From positions 1-34,109 of IMG/VR virus record IMGVR_UViG_3300031631_000012: a DNA stretch of 34,109 nucleotides; one strand, written 5' to 3'. This document shows, piece by piece, positions 1 to 10,207 of the stretch (positions are counted from its first letter, which is position 1; every line of letters begins with the position of its first letter). Source of the DNA: a virus (lineage: Duplodnaviria; Caudoviricetes). The notes under the pieces are model-generated. The model saw only the letters and a program-made list of their open reading frames with translations, ran no database searches and was not told the DNA's origin. A program made the position numbers and the translations under genes.

Positions 1-215
1 TACTTATTATCAAATCCAGCGTGAACAAAGAACAAGTGTTTCATACCCTTGTAAGGAAGCTTCCAGAAAGAGAAGTTCTGTCGCCAGTCAAGCTTGCTAC
101 ATGACCCCTGAAAAGTAACAGTGATAGAAGAGTCTGTCTCCTCTATCCTGTACTGCGTGTCTAAAGCTCCATCGATCCAAGGTCCTGCTACTGTGTTATT
201 ATAAGTATTATACAT
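1..215 (-). CDS. Class-3 lipase-like (alpha/beta hydrolase) protein, N-terminal part, truncated by the window edge
   Basis: Not in the ORF track. The ATG overlaps the tail-fibre stop (TAATG). Manual translation: MYNTYNNTVAGPWIDGALDTQYRIEETDSSITVTFQGSCSKLDWRQNFSFWKLPYKGMKHLFFVHAGFDNK. This matches the Lipase_3 pattern V.F[RQ]G[ST]....DW..N...VH.GF. The GHSLG motif would lie outside the window. Confidence 0.7.
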   Translation of the reverse strand, partial: MYNTYNNTVAGPWIDGALDTQYRIEETDSSITVTFQGSCSKLDWRQNFSFWKLPYKGMKHLFFVHAGFDNK

Positions 216-3200
216 TATGCTATCTTCTCTATGAATACGGCTGTGTATATTTCTATAACACCGAAAGATGTAGCAACTCCAAAACCATTTATTGTTTTTG
301 TAGTGAGACATCGGTGCTGTATTTCAAATACTTTCGTTCCTGCAATAGTCACAAGTGCATTAATGATTTTAGCATCGGTCTGTACGTTTTCTGCTCCTGC
401 GGCTCCGTATGCGTTTATCCCAATTATATCATCTGTTGAATCTGTGATGTTGTATAACTTTATTTTGTGCCAATCAGTCTTTTGAGCTGGGGCGGAAGCT
501 ATTACTCTATATGTTCCTGCTGGGAGCGTAATCTGATTAGAAGATAAACTTGCTCCTGTTATACTATTTTCTACAACAGTATTAAGAACTCTTGTTCTCC
601 AAGCACCTGCAGTAAAAGCTCCACAAGCCGTTCCACTAGCCTTCTGATCCTGAACATGAAAAGTAAACCCATTCATATCCTTAACTTCCCACTTATCACC
701 TACAGGAAGTAAAGTAATATCACTTTCACCTTTTAGACCCCAAGAGGAAGCTGGATTGCCATTTATAGTTTGGCTTGAAACAGTTGTAAAATTAACAACT
801 CCTGCTCCTGCCCCTCTTCGCTTAATAAAATATTCTGTCAACTGAGTACTTGCATCTGGCAGAGTAAAAGTTTCATCTGTTGCAGTTGTTATGTCGTATA
901 CTTTCCTGAACCCTGTATCTGCGTATGTTGCTACTAGGTTTGGTTTGGTTATTACTACTTTGTAAAAATATGCATCACTAATTATAGATCTATCCTTACC
1001 ACTACCTTGAGTATTTGATACTATTCCATCTTCTGTTATTAAAATGCCATTTATACCTGTTTGTACAACTATTTGGTTAAGACTTCTTTGATACGGCATT
1101 AACCCTGTTTCGGTTGCCTGATCTGTAGAAAAATCAACCTCTATTACTTTATCTTCATCTTCTACAGTATCTAAAATAATATAAAACTTTACTAATAGGC
1201 CTGCTAAACTAGTATTTAGATCATGATTGACTAATAGTTTAGCATTAGTCCAATCACTATTAGCAACCCACTCAGTATCATACCTCAAAGCACTAATAGG
1301 CTCTCCACTTGTTGTAATATGTTCTGCTTTTATATAGCCGAAAGTAATAGATGTTTTAGGTCTTGTTTCGTTTGTTGTTCGTGCATCGGGTGAATCGGCA
1401 GAATCAAACGTGATAGAAGTTTGTCCCATAGCACCTGCACCAGCTGTTGCAATATTAGCTAATGCTGTTGATTTTAAAGCACCCGCAGGTCCTGTAGTTC
1501 CTCCATATACATCTATTCCACCACCAGTAATCTGTTGACCAGCATCATCAAGATAAATCCCTTCTTGTGTTAGTATCCCTACTCCGGTTACCGTAATAGC
1601 TCCGGTATTTGCAATTGCTCCTGCTTCTGAGGAGTGATATGTAACCGTTGATGCTCCTGTTCTTCTTACAAAAAGTTCTGTTCCAACAGCCTGATCAGTT
1701 CCAGATTTAACCAGAAATAAAGTTCCATTTCTAAACCCTGTAGGTAAAGTTGCAGTAGTACCACTAACTGATATATCAGGAATACCAGATCTGTTATAAG
1801 CTCCCGGAATTGGAGTAGGATAAAATAATAGTGCCTGCGATGAAAGATCAGTATCTCCTGCTGCAAAGTGCTCAGCATTATACTTATGTCCTATCTTTTC
1901 CCATAATATAGGATAATTAGCTGTACTAATTGCATTGTCAAAGGCTATTTGTTTTAAGCCTTCTGCCGATCTATCTCCCGATGTAGCTGCCTGTAGAAAA
2001 TCACCTATTGCTAATTGAGAACCTTGATTTACTGTAGGTTCTGGTAGACCAATACTTATGTCTAATTCAGTAGCTGATATAGCAACACCTACTGAAACAA
2101 TATACTCAGATGTAGTGATAGATCCCTTAACTATTAACTCTGCTGTGTTACCTAAGAAGTATTGAGTTCCAATAGTTAATCCGGTAAACTCATCAAGTGA
2201 ACCACTAGACTGTATGGTAACTGCACCATCAAGTACTGCATCGTTAGTTGCAAATCCTGATAGTATAGACTTACCAAGTTCTCTGTTATCACCCAGCATT
2301 ACTTTTCCATCTGTAAAGAAAAATACTAATTCACCAGCTGAAATAGTTTCTCCAGCTATACCAACTACTGTTCCAGATGCTCCACCTGTCTTAACTGACT
2401 CCCAATCACCACCTTTAGGTATAAGGATAATTGCTGATTCTCCAGATAGTTCAAGTAAGCTTGCTGCTTCTATATCTATAGTCTGGCTAGAAACAGTAGT
2501 GAATGTAACGAGTCCTGCACCATCGCCACGTCTTTTTATAACCTGCTGATTCTCTGTTGAATTAGAATCAGGTAGTGCATGTACTTCATCACTTGCTGTA
2601 GTGATAGTGTATACTGTTGTATCTGCTAAAATATCAAGAGAGTCTAATCCATCTAAAAGTTCCGAGTCAGCTGCTTTGGCTCCTACTAACAAAAAGTCTG
2701 TTGCCTCTAATCCATCTAAAAGTTCCGAGTCAGCTGCTTTGGCTCCTACTAACAAAAAGTCTGTTGCCTCTAATCCATCAAGCTTATCTGCATCAAAACC
2801 ATTACCTGATCCTTGCTGTATACCATGTGCAGAAACAGAACTTGTTATGTTAGTATTTCTATGCACAATATTAGCATCAACATCACTGGCTAAGTTATTC
2901 TTATACAACTCCCAAACAGTAAGCCTTCTTCTAAACTTAGCAGTTTCTTGAGCGTCTAAGTCAACATTAGTTGCTCCATCAAGAATTGTGATTATAGCAC
3001 TTGCATGTATGTTCTTAACTTCTACTTCATTACTATTGACAGCAAGAAATGTTTGAGTAAGATCGTAATTAGCATCTGTCTCTATCCTTAGAATATCATC
3101 AAAAGGTAAAGAGTTATAACCTGTTGACCCATCACCAATCTTGGTTGGATTTCTTACTGCACCAGTTATACCTGTGGCAATTACCCTTTGTCCATCACCA

Positions 3201-3274
3201 AGTATAGAGTTGTTAGTTGTTAAAGTTGAATGTGCCTCTTGTAGTGCTAGTAACACTATATCCTTATTAGCCAT
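215..3274 (-). CDS. Tail fibre / receptor-binding protein (1019 aa)
   Basis: Last large tail gene. Contains DADKLDG-type repeats, a collar-like ETRP motif, an internally duplicated ~75-aa module and a beta-rich C-terminal tip domain (QDQK..GT...W.TR.LNT...ITLPAGTY). Confidence 0.8.
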   Translation of the reverse strand: MANKDIVLLALQEAHSTLTTNNSILGDGQRVIATGITGAVRNPTKIGDGSTGYNSLPFDDILRIETDANYDLTQTFLAVNSNEVEVKNIHASAIITILDGATNVDLDAQETAKFRRRLTVWELYKNNLASDVDANIVHRNTNITSSVSAHGIQQGSGNGFDADKLDGLEATDFLLVGAKAADSELLDGLEATDFLLVGAKAADSELLDGLDSLDILADTTVYTITTASDEVHALPDSNSTENQQVIKRRGDGAGLVTFTTVSSQTIDIEAASLLELSGESAIILIPKGGDWESVKTGGASGTVVGIAGETISAGELVFFFTDGKVMLGDNRELGKSILSGFATNDAVLDGAVTIQSSGSLDEFTGLTIGTQYFLGNTAELIVKGSITTSEYIVSVGVAISATELDISIGLPEPTVNQGSQLAIGDFLQAATSGDRSAEGLKQIAFDNAISTANYPILWEKIGHKYNAEHFAAGDTDLSSQALLFYPTPIPGAYNRSGIPDISVSGTTATLPTGFRNGTLFLVKSGTDQAVGTELFVRRTGASTVTYHSSEAGAIANTGAITVTGVGILTQEGIYLDDAGQQITGGGIDVYGGTTGPAGALKSTALANIATAGAGAMGQTSITFDSADSPDARTTNETRPKTSITFGYIKAEHITTSGEPISALRYDTEWVANSDWTNAKLLVNHDLNTSLAGLLVKFYIILDTVEDEDKVIEVDFSTDQATETGLMPYQRSLNQIVVQTGINGILITEDGIVSNTQGSGKDRSIISDAYFYKVVITKPNLVATYADTGFRKVYDITTATDETFTLPDASTQLTEYFIKRRGAGAGVVNFTTVSSQTINGNPASSWGLKGESDITLLPVGDKWEVKDMNGFTFHVQDQKASGTACGAFTAGAWRTRVLNTVVENSITGASLSSNQITLPAGTYRVIASAPAQKTDWHKIKLYNITDSTDDIIGINAYGAAGAENVQTDAKIINALVTIAGTKVFEIQHRCLTTKTINGFGVATSFGVIEIYTAVFIEKIA
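2643..2779. repeat. Perfect 63-bp tandem duplication (2 units plus 11 bp) inside the tail fibre gene
   Basis: 2643-2705 is identical to 2706-2768 and encodes the DGLEATDFLLVGAKAADSELL repeat. Confidence 0.95.
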
Positions 3275-3284
3275 TTATAATCTC

Positions 3285-5207
3285 CTATGGGTATATAGAT
3301 GCAAAAACATCACTATATGCTTTTTCTCTTAATCTTATATGATTAGTCTGTAGTGTATAGTCAGGCTGTGTGCTTATCACTTGACCTCTTACTGTACCAA
3401 AATATTCATCACCAACTAATTCTGATAATACTCCGTTGAGTACTTCTTGAAATATCTGAGCTGTAGTAACAAGTTCAATTAGTTCATCAGTAGCACCAAT
3501 AGTATCTATATAAGTATCTCTATGTGTAACAACTAAAGTCTGTAATGACAGATCAAGCTCTATTACATCATAAATATTAATGTCCAAGTACTGTGCACCT
3601 AGCAATACTACATCAAACACCTTGTGTATTCTGTAATAGTCATCAGCTTGAATTAAAGCTCTCTGTGTGGCTAATGCTAAAGTATATAGACCACTTATCT
3701 TATTGTACACCTTCTCAATTTTATACTCAGCAAATGATTCATCAAAGTAGTCAATGTTCTCCACTCTTGGTGCTGTATCATTAAGCACTGATCTATTATA
3801 ACCTATATAAACTTTGTTGTAAACATCTTCCTTATTAGATTCTGCAACAACATCCTCTATGTTTTTTATTCGGATAGATGGCACAGAAAATGATAAGTCT
3901 CTGTTAGGGTTATCTACCTTAATGACTCTTTTATTATCTGCTGTATTAGTGTATCTGAACCCAACAGTAGATAAGGATTGTATCTGTCTTATCCACTCAA
4001 ACACGTCCTGTGTACTATCCATGTATAAAGAGATAGGACTTAAGTAAACTTCTTCAAGTGCCCAAGTGACTAGATCATATCCCGAAGCATCAAAGTTATA
4101 GCCAAGAAACCTTTCATTTAAGTCAACTACTATATCACTAGCATAAGTATTCTCTACACCTTTAACATTCGCTTTAACAGGAAATGCACTATAAGTACCA
4201 CCACTTACAGTCTCAGCACCATTAACAGTGACAATACCTGTTGATGAATTAACAGATACACCTGTTGTTTGCAGAATCCATACATCATCAGAGTTCTTTA
4301 TCCATACTTCAATATCCGAAGCTACTGAGTAGGATAATACCTCTAAGAATAGGAAGTCTGGTTTAGTCGTACCATCCAAGGCTAAACCATTAACAAGTAA
4401 TCCGGGAACATCATGTGTAAACTCATCAACTGGTGTGTAAGCAAAGGGTATAGTCTTACCTACTGCTGTGTCATCAAGATAGGGATAGTCAGTCACATTA
4501 AGTATCTTATTAGGTACTTGTGCTGTAAGAGTCTTTCTTATATCCTGTATGTCAACAGTAAACTCAGACGCTGAAAAGTTATAATCATCAACAAAATAAT
4601 TAGCTCTTTCAACTAAGTCTGAGTACTCATCACCTTCATTACCAGTCTTAATAGTTACCTTGTTACCATATAGAGGAACGTCCTTAAACTGATTAAAGAA
4701 GCCTGTATTATTATCAAGTATCAAAGTATCTACAATAAATGCCATTTGTCCATAATTGAACTTATCCACAAAAGTTGCTATTTGGGGAAAACTTATTAGA
4801 TATGGATAGTAAGGCCTATTCTCAAAGTATCTAATTTTATCATCTGTAAGTCCTACAGCAATACCTATATCAAAGTTAGGATCAGTGTAGTCTATATGAT
4901 GTAATTGAGCATAATGTATGTATAGTACTTGCTCTGCATTATCCCAGAAGTAACTTTGTGAGTCTACTAGACAGTCAGCTAGAGATTCTTTGTTAGAGTA
5001 GTTGAAAGCATTAGCATAAACAACACCTGTAACATAAGTTCTTAAAGTAAGAGGTTCAGTTACACCTAAGTCAGTAGTCCAGAAATCAGCTATCTCTTCA
5101 TTTGCAGCACCATAGTAAAACTTAAATGAGACAACAAATGGGTGTCCTGTTGGAGCATAGTAGTTAGAGATTGCTTTTAGTCTTGTTATTTCTGTTACAA
5201 CGTACAT
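3285..5207 (-). CDS. Baseplate hub / tail tip protein (640 aa)
   Basis: Position between the distal-tail genes and the fibre, size, and acidic beta-rich composition. Confidence 0.6.
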   Translation of the reverse strand: MYVVTEITRLKAISNYYAPTGHPFVVSFKFYYGAANEEIADFWTTDLGVTEPLTLRTYVTGVVYANAFNYSNKESLADCLVDSQSYFWDNAEQVLYIHYAQLHHIDYTDPNFDIGIAVGLTDDKIRYFENRPYYPYLISFPQIATFVDKFNYGQMAFIVDTLILDNNTGFFNQFKDVPLYGNKVTIKTGNEGDEYSDLVERANYFVDDYNFSASEFTVDIQDIRKTLTAQVPNKILNVTDYPYLDDTAVGKTIPFAYTPVDEFTHDVPGLLVNGLALDGTTKPDFLFLEVLSYSVASDIEVWIKNSDDVWILQTTGVSVNSSTGIVTVNGAETVSGGTYSAFPVKANVKGVENTYASDIVVDLNERFLGYNFDASGYDLVTWALEEVYLSPISLYMDSTQDVFEWIRQIQSLSTVGFRYTNTADNKRVIKVDNPNRDLSFSVPSIRIKNIEDVVAESNKEDVYNKVYIGYNRSVLNDTAPRVENIDYFDESFAEYKIEKVYNKISGLYTLALATQRALIQADDYYRIHKVFDVVLLGAQYLDINIYDVIELDLSLQTLVVTHRDTYIDTIGATDELIELVTTAQIFQEVLNGVLSELVGDEYFGTVRGQVISTQPDYTLQTNHIRLREKAYSDVFASIYP

Positions 5208-5208
5208 T

Positions 5209-6009
5209 CTAAGCAGTCCTTTCCCAGATCCTTATTGACATATTTACTGGTCTTGTTTCTGCATCCCCACCTGTTGATGGATTTCCAGATGTTTTTGTTC
5301 CTAAATCTGTAGATAAGACAAATCCACTGGTAGCAACTCCAACTCCTCCGGACCTATAAATAGATGGACCGGAGGTACCATAAGAGAATTCATTAAAATT
5401 GTGTGCATGTGCTCCAATGACAGTATTATGTGTATGTGCTTTTAAGTCTGTTGAAAAAGCTTGTTCTCCACTTTCAAAAGCAGCTGCATTTCCGCCCTCT
5501 GCTCTAAAGAAGTCACCTGCAAATGATGAGCTTATGTTAGTCCACACTCCGGGAAGTCCAAGGTCAGCTGGACTTAACTTTGTAGGGTACTGTGTATATG
5601 TAAAGCCTATGGGCATCAGTAAGCTAGCCAACTCACCATACTTTGTGTTCACAGAGCTAATCTTTATTTCACTAAACAAATACAGATTATCCGAAGTATC
5701 ATAGTAACCATTCCAAACTTTATTCCAATTAACACCTGTTAGTGTAGTAACAAAAGAAGGAACAAGAGTAGTTCCACTCACTGTTAATTTAACATAGTCA
5801 CTTTCTGTACCTGTTATAGCAGTGTCAGAATCAGCATAAAATACAATACCACCAACTTGAAAGGTTGCACCCTGTGGTATGTTTGTTCCCACTACCTGTA
5901 ATGGATCATTAACATTCTGAAAACTCTTAGATACAAGAGATACAATCTTTGACCAATCTCCTGCCAATGGATTTGGTACTGTTGGAAATACTACTTCATT
6001 TATGGCCAT
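5209..6009 (-). CDS. Baseplate / short tail fibre protein
   Basis: C-terminal P.G..Y...SPA.L...W...HTH...ETRPVN..IRIWERTA pattern, typical of baseplate and tail-fibre C-terminal domains. Confidence 0.65.
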   Translation of the reverse strand: MAINEVVFPTVPNPLAGDWSKIVSLVSKSFQNVNDPLQVVGTNIPQGATFQVGGIVFYADSDTAITGTESDYVKLTVSGTTLVPSFVTTLTGVNWNKVWNGYYDTSDNLYLFSEIKISSVNTKYGELASLLMPIGFTYTQYPTKLSPADLGLPGVWTNISSSFAGDFFRAEGGNAAAFESGEQAFSTDLKAHTHNTVIGAHAHNFNEFSYGTSGPSIYRSGGVGVATSGFVLSTDLGTKTSGNPSTGGDAETRPVNMSIRIWERTA

Positions 6010-6713
6010 TATTTGGCCTCCTTAACTGAAAATCTTAATAGTGTTAGTTCATTTATTCTTGTTGTTAAATAGTTAGATACAAAAGCACAGAACATTTGAT
6101 CTTCTGTATCTTCTGTTCTATCCATCCAAAATGTCTTACCCTTATGTACATAGCTAAATGCAGCTATAAACTCATCAACTTGGTCATCATCTATCTTCAT
6201 ACTCTCTACTGTAAAGGCTTGCAGAATAAATCCTGTTCTGTAAAGGAACTGCCCACCACTTGTTTGTGTGTAGGCAGACGAGTCCACATACTCTACTTCA
6301 ATAGGAAGTCTTACATTATACACTTCTGCATACTTGCCACATGATACACCGCCAATAAAAGCAAGTACTTCTGAGGATGTTAAGGTTATCTCTATAGACC
6401 TTACAGTAGTAAGCTCATCAATGTACTCTTTGGCATTGCTAGCTGGGCTAGAGAATGTCACAGTGTCCAGAACAGTGCCTACACTATTCTTAAATACAAA
6501 TACAGTACTGCTTAGGTTGTGAAAACCAAAGAACAGGCTGTCCACTATCTGATCAGATGCAAAAGCTATAGTAATCACTGAACTACCTGTAGATGCTTTA
6601 CATATAGCTTCTAAAGCATTGTCATAAATATTTTCTACAGGGTAGTTAATATCACTATTAGTCATACCTATGCCATCATGACTCTCTATAATATTGTTAG
6701 TTAATATTCTCAT
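6009..6713 (-). CDS. Distal tail (Dit-like) protein
   Basis: Immediately follows the tape measure gene with an ATGA overlap; 234 aa. Confidence 0.5.
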   Translation of the reverse strand: MRILTNNIIESHDGIGMTNSDINYPVENIYDNALEAICKASTGSSVITIAFASDQIVDSLFFGFHNLSSTVFVFKNSVGTVLDTVTFSSPASNAKEYIDELTTVRSIEITLTSSEVLAFIGGVSCGKYAEVYNVRLPIEVEYVDSSAYTQTSGGQFLYRTGFILQAFTVESMKIDDDQVDEFIAAFSYVHKGKTFWMDRTEDTEDQMFCAFVSNYLTTRINELTLLRFSVKEAK

Positions 6714-9700
6714 ATCTTCACCTGTCCATTTCTATAGTATTTTGCTGAGTTAGTAGCTACAACTCTTCCATCTAGCACAGTTTGTATAGTAATATATATA
6801 GGCTGATCATCCTGTGTCATTTGATCATACACTGTATCCTGTTGTGCTCTGTTAAGTATCAGTTCTCCTGCATTAGCAGATACATCTGTACTATCACCTT
6901 TGTAAGAAGATCCGGGAACTATACCACCATCTGCAAACTGCTCTCTTACAGGCTCAGCTTTAGTTGCTGCTGCATACTGAAAAGCTGTTACTCCAGCCAT
7001 ACCAGCTGCAATAGCCCAACCATAAGGTCCGGCTGACCAAGCCTTCATTGTTGCGACTGCACCGTTAAGTAGTATACTTAGTCTACCTAGTTCCCACTCA
7101 TTCTTGGCCTGATCATAGTTAATATCACTAATCTTGTCAGCTAGTTCGTCAGCTGCATTAGATGTGGCAGTGTCATATGCGTCCTGTGCAGCTTCCTTTC
7201 TGTCTAGGTAGTCTTGTGATATATCATAACGTGCAATTGCAGTTATTAAATCTTGTTCCTTTAAGTAGTCATTAGCGACCCTAGCTGCTTCAAGACTAGC
7301 CTCTAATTGCTCACGTTCAGTCTTTTCCTGAACACCAGCTGCAACTAGGGCAGCTTGTAACTCTTTATCAATATCTGCTAAATTAGCTGCAAGTTCATCA
7401 TCGCGTATACCTTGTGCTTTAAGAGCTTTTTTCTCTAGTATTCTAATCTCTTCATCAGCTGCTGCTCTCTGGTAATCTAGTACACTGTCTACTACATCTA
7501 TTGCTAAATTGCCATAAGTGTCAAGCATATCTGTTGACTTAACGAACCAACCAGCTTCTCTTTTTTCAAGCTCATCATAGTATGCGTCTATAGCAATAAG
7601 TGTTTCCTTATAAACCTCATCTGTTATTTTACCTCTATCACGTTGGAGTTTTAGACTATCTGTTGCATTTTTCCTTTCTGCATTGACTCTGTCCCCTGCA
7701 TCATAGTCTAGTGCTTTTAGTTTTTCTTCATATTCACCAGCTAGGTCTATCTGTGCTTGGTCTAAGTCAAGATTTGCTCTAAGTTCCTTGTTGTACGCTT
7801 TAATAGCAATAATCGCTTCTGCATCAGTGCCAGCTTTTATAATTGCTGCTGCCTCTTCTCTATCTATTTTCTCAAGTTCTGTCTCAGTTAGTTCTAATAG
7901 CTTATCTTGATACTCCTGTGTCAAAGTTAACTTTTCTTCCATCAATAAGGCTATCTCTGGATATTTATCAAGAATCTGCTGTATATCTGCACCTTCATAC
8001 TCAAACTCTTCACCAAGCAGCCCATTGATAGTATCTATTAAAGCTTGTCTATCCTCTAGTGTTTTGTTATAAACTTCACCCTTCTCCTTAGCAAATATCT
8101 CTAACTGTACATTTTCTTTTAGCCTAGAAGCTAATCTGGATTGTGCTGCAATGATCTTTTCTTTGTCAGTTAGGTCTTCTTTACTTAGGTCAATTACAAT
8201 GTTGTACTTCTCTTGCAAAGTATCGAACAGCTCTATCTGATCCAGCATACCCTTATCTTGTGATTTAACACCCTGATTTACTAACGTTTTTAGAGACTTA
8301 TTGTATATGTCCACTAGGTAAGCACTCTGATCAAACTCATCACCAAATAACTTCTGTAGCTCTACGGATCTTTTAAAGGCTGTCTCCAATCCCTCAGTTG
8401 CTTCACCTTCTGCCTTAATCTGAGCTAATCTACGTTGGTAGTATGCTGTAGACCGATTTCTACTCTCCTTCTCAAATTCAGTTAAGGCATAAGCCTGTAA
8501 CCATCTATCTCTTTCTGCCTTAGCTAATTTTTCCTCAGCTTCTACCTGCAATAGTATCTCTATTACTAAATCACCTGACGTTTTTATGAGTTCCTTGTTA
8601 GCCATAGCTAAGTCAATAACTTGTTTCTCAGTTAGTCCATACACCTCAGCTAATCTTTTTACTTCTTCTCTGAAAAGTTTAGTACTACTAACACCTAACT
8701 GTCCCATCTTAAGTAACTCAGAACTCAGATTACTAAGTCTAATAGATACCTTCTCAACCTCTGTTCCAGTTGCACCCATTTCTTCGGCAATACTACCAAA
8801 CTGATCAACAGCTTTGTCAATACCGGCATTATTTAATGCTATAAGACCAGCTGTCAGTGCAGCTACAGCTCCAACAGCAATAGTTGCTGGAAGTGCTATA
8901 GCAGCTAAAGCTGCAATAACAGGTGCAATAACAGCACTTGCCATAGCTAATTTTAAAGCAGTAAAAGCTACAGTTAATGTTGTAACTACTGCTGCTAGAG
9001 TTATAAACACACTACCAGCTGCAAGAAAAGATTCTGGAGCCTTATTAACTGCTAATAGTATACCTGTAATTGTATCAACCAGCACTCTAAGTGTAGGACT
9101 TAACTGCTTGCCAACACTAATCTCTAGTGCTTCTTCTGCATTTCTAAACTTGTCAATAGAACCCTGCAATGTATTCATCTGAATATCCATTGCTTCGAAA
9201 GCTCTAGTAGTTCCTGTCACAGATTCAGTTAACTCTATCATACCACCTTCAGCATCACTAGCCACTGATATAAGTGAAGCTAACTGTACACCTGATACTT
9301 TACCAAATATAGCTGCGGCATTTGCAGCATTTACACCATTCTCTCTAAGTGTATCAAATATGTCAGCAAGCTTATTAGTTGCAGGGTTAACATCAGCAAA
9401 AGCTATGTTAAGCTTACCTAGTTTTCTAGTAACAACGCTAGTAGAGTCAGCTAAGTCAACGAGTATACTTCTTAATCCACGACCTGCCTTTTCACCACTA
9501 AAACCTTTATTGTAAAGTAGTTCCAAAGCACCCGTAGTCTCTTCAACTGTTATACCCAGTCCAGCTGCAATCGGCCCGACATACTCAAATGACTTAGCTA
9601 GCTTATTCATTGTTGCAAGAGAATTAGTTATTGCAGCAGTAAATGTATTAGCAATATCTGTAGCTGCATCAGTCTCTAGTCCATACTGCCTAATAGTTGT

Positions 9701-10207
9701 AGCTACAGTTTCAGATGTAGAGGCTAAATCAGACTGTGTTGCAATAGCTAAAGCATTAACACCATCAAGTGCACCAATAGATTCAGTTGCACTAAAACCA
9801 GCAGATGCTAAGAAGTATAGTGCATTTGCTGCCTCACTTGCAGTTGATCTTGTAGTTGCACCAACTCTTCTAGCAGCTGCTTCCATTGCATCAAGTTCTT
9901 CTGTACTTGCTCTTGCAACTGATTGTGTATTAGCAAGTGACTGTTCAAAATCAGCATAAGTACTGACCATATCTTTGAATGTGTTAGTTACTGCTCTAGC
10001 CATCTTAATTGCAGCAACGGATATAATTAGAAACCCAGCTTTCCAAGCAGCAGCTGTAGCTTTAGCACCATCCTGGCTTTGCTTAGTGGTGTTATCAGTG
10101 AACTTCTTTATCTTAGCATTTGCATCTGCAATACCTGTATTAAGTGAGTCCAGCTTGAGTATTATCTCTGCATTTATCTTATTTTGTGCAACTGATCCTA
10201 TGGCCAT
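6710..10207 (-). CDS. Tape measure protein (TP901-type core)
   Basis: 1165 aa, Ala-rich. Core motifs include FEQSLAN...ST.SEAA.ALYFLASAGF, YVGPIAAGLGITVEET and AGRGLR. C-terminal FADGGIV...GE and LDGRVVA motifs. Confidence 0.95.
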   Translation of the reverse strand: MAIGSVAQNKINAEIILKLDSLNTGIADANAKIKKFTDNTTKQSQDGAKATAAAWKAGFLIISVAAIKMARAVTNTFKDMVSTYADFEQSLANTQSVARASTEELDAMEAAARRVGATTRSTASEAANALYFLASAGFSATESIGALDGVNALAIATQSDLASTSETVATTIRQYGLETDAATDIANTFTAAITNSLATMNKLAKSFEYVGPIAAGLGITVEETTGALELLYNKGFSGEKAGRGLRSILVDLADSTSVVTRKLGKLNIAFADVNPATNKLADIFDTLRENGVNAANAAAIFGKVSGVQLASLISVASDAEGGMIELTESVTGTTRAFEAMDIQMNTLQGSIDKFRNAEEALEISVGKQLSPTLRVLVDTITGILLAVNKAPESFLAAGSVFITLAAVVTTLTVAFTALKLAMASAVIAPVIAALAAIALPATIAVGAVAALTAGLIALNNAGIDKAVDQFGSIAEEMGATGTEVEKVSIRLSNLSSELLKMGQLGVSSTKLFREEVKRLAEVYGLTEKQVIDLAMANKELIKTSGDLVIEILLQVEAEEKLAKAERDRWLQAYALTEFEKESRNRSTAYYQRRLAQIKAEGEATEGLETAFKRSVELQKLFGDEFDQSAYLVDIYNKSLKTLVNQGVKSQDKGMLDQIELFDTLQEKYNIVIDLSKEDLTDKEKIIAAQSRLASRLKENVQLEIFAKEKGEVYNKTLEDRQALIDTINGLLGEEFEYEGADIQQILDKYPEIALLMEEKLTLTQEYQDKLLELTETELEKIDREEAAAIIKAGTDAEAIIAIKAYNKELRANLDLDQAQIDLAGEYEEKLKALDYDAGDRVNAERKNATDSLKLQRDRGKITDEVYKETLIAIDAYYDELEKREAGWFVKSTDMLDTYGNLAIDVVDSVLDYQRAAADEEIRILEKKALKAQGIRDDELAANLADIDKELQAALVAAGVQEKTEREQLEASLEAARVANDYLKEQDLITAIARYDISQDYLDRKEAAQDAYDTATSNAADELADKISDINYDQAKNEWELGRLSILLNGAVATMKAWSAGPYGWAIAAGMAGVTAFQYAAATKAEPVREQFADGGIVPGSSYKGDSTDVSANAGELILNRAQQDTVYDQMTQDDQPIYITIQTVLDGRVVATNSAKYYRNGQVKI

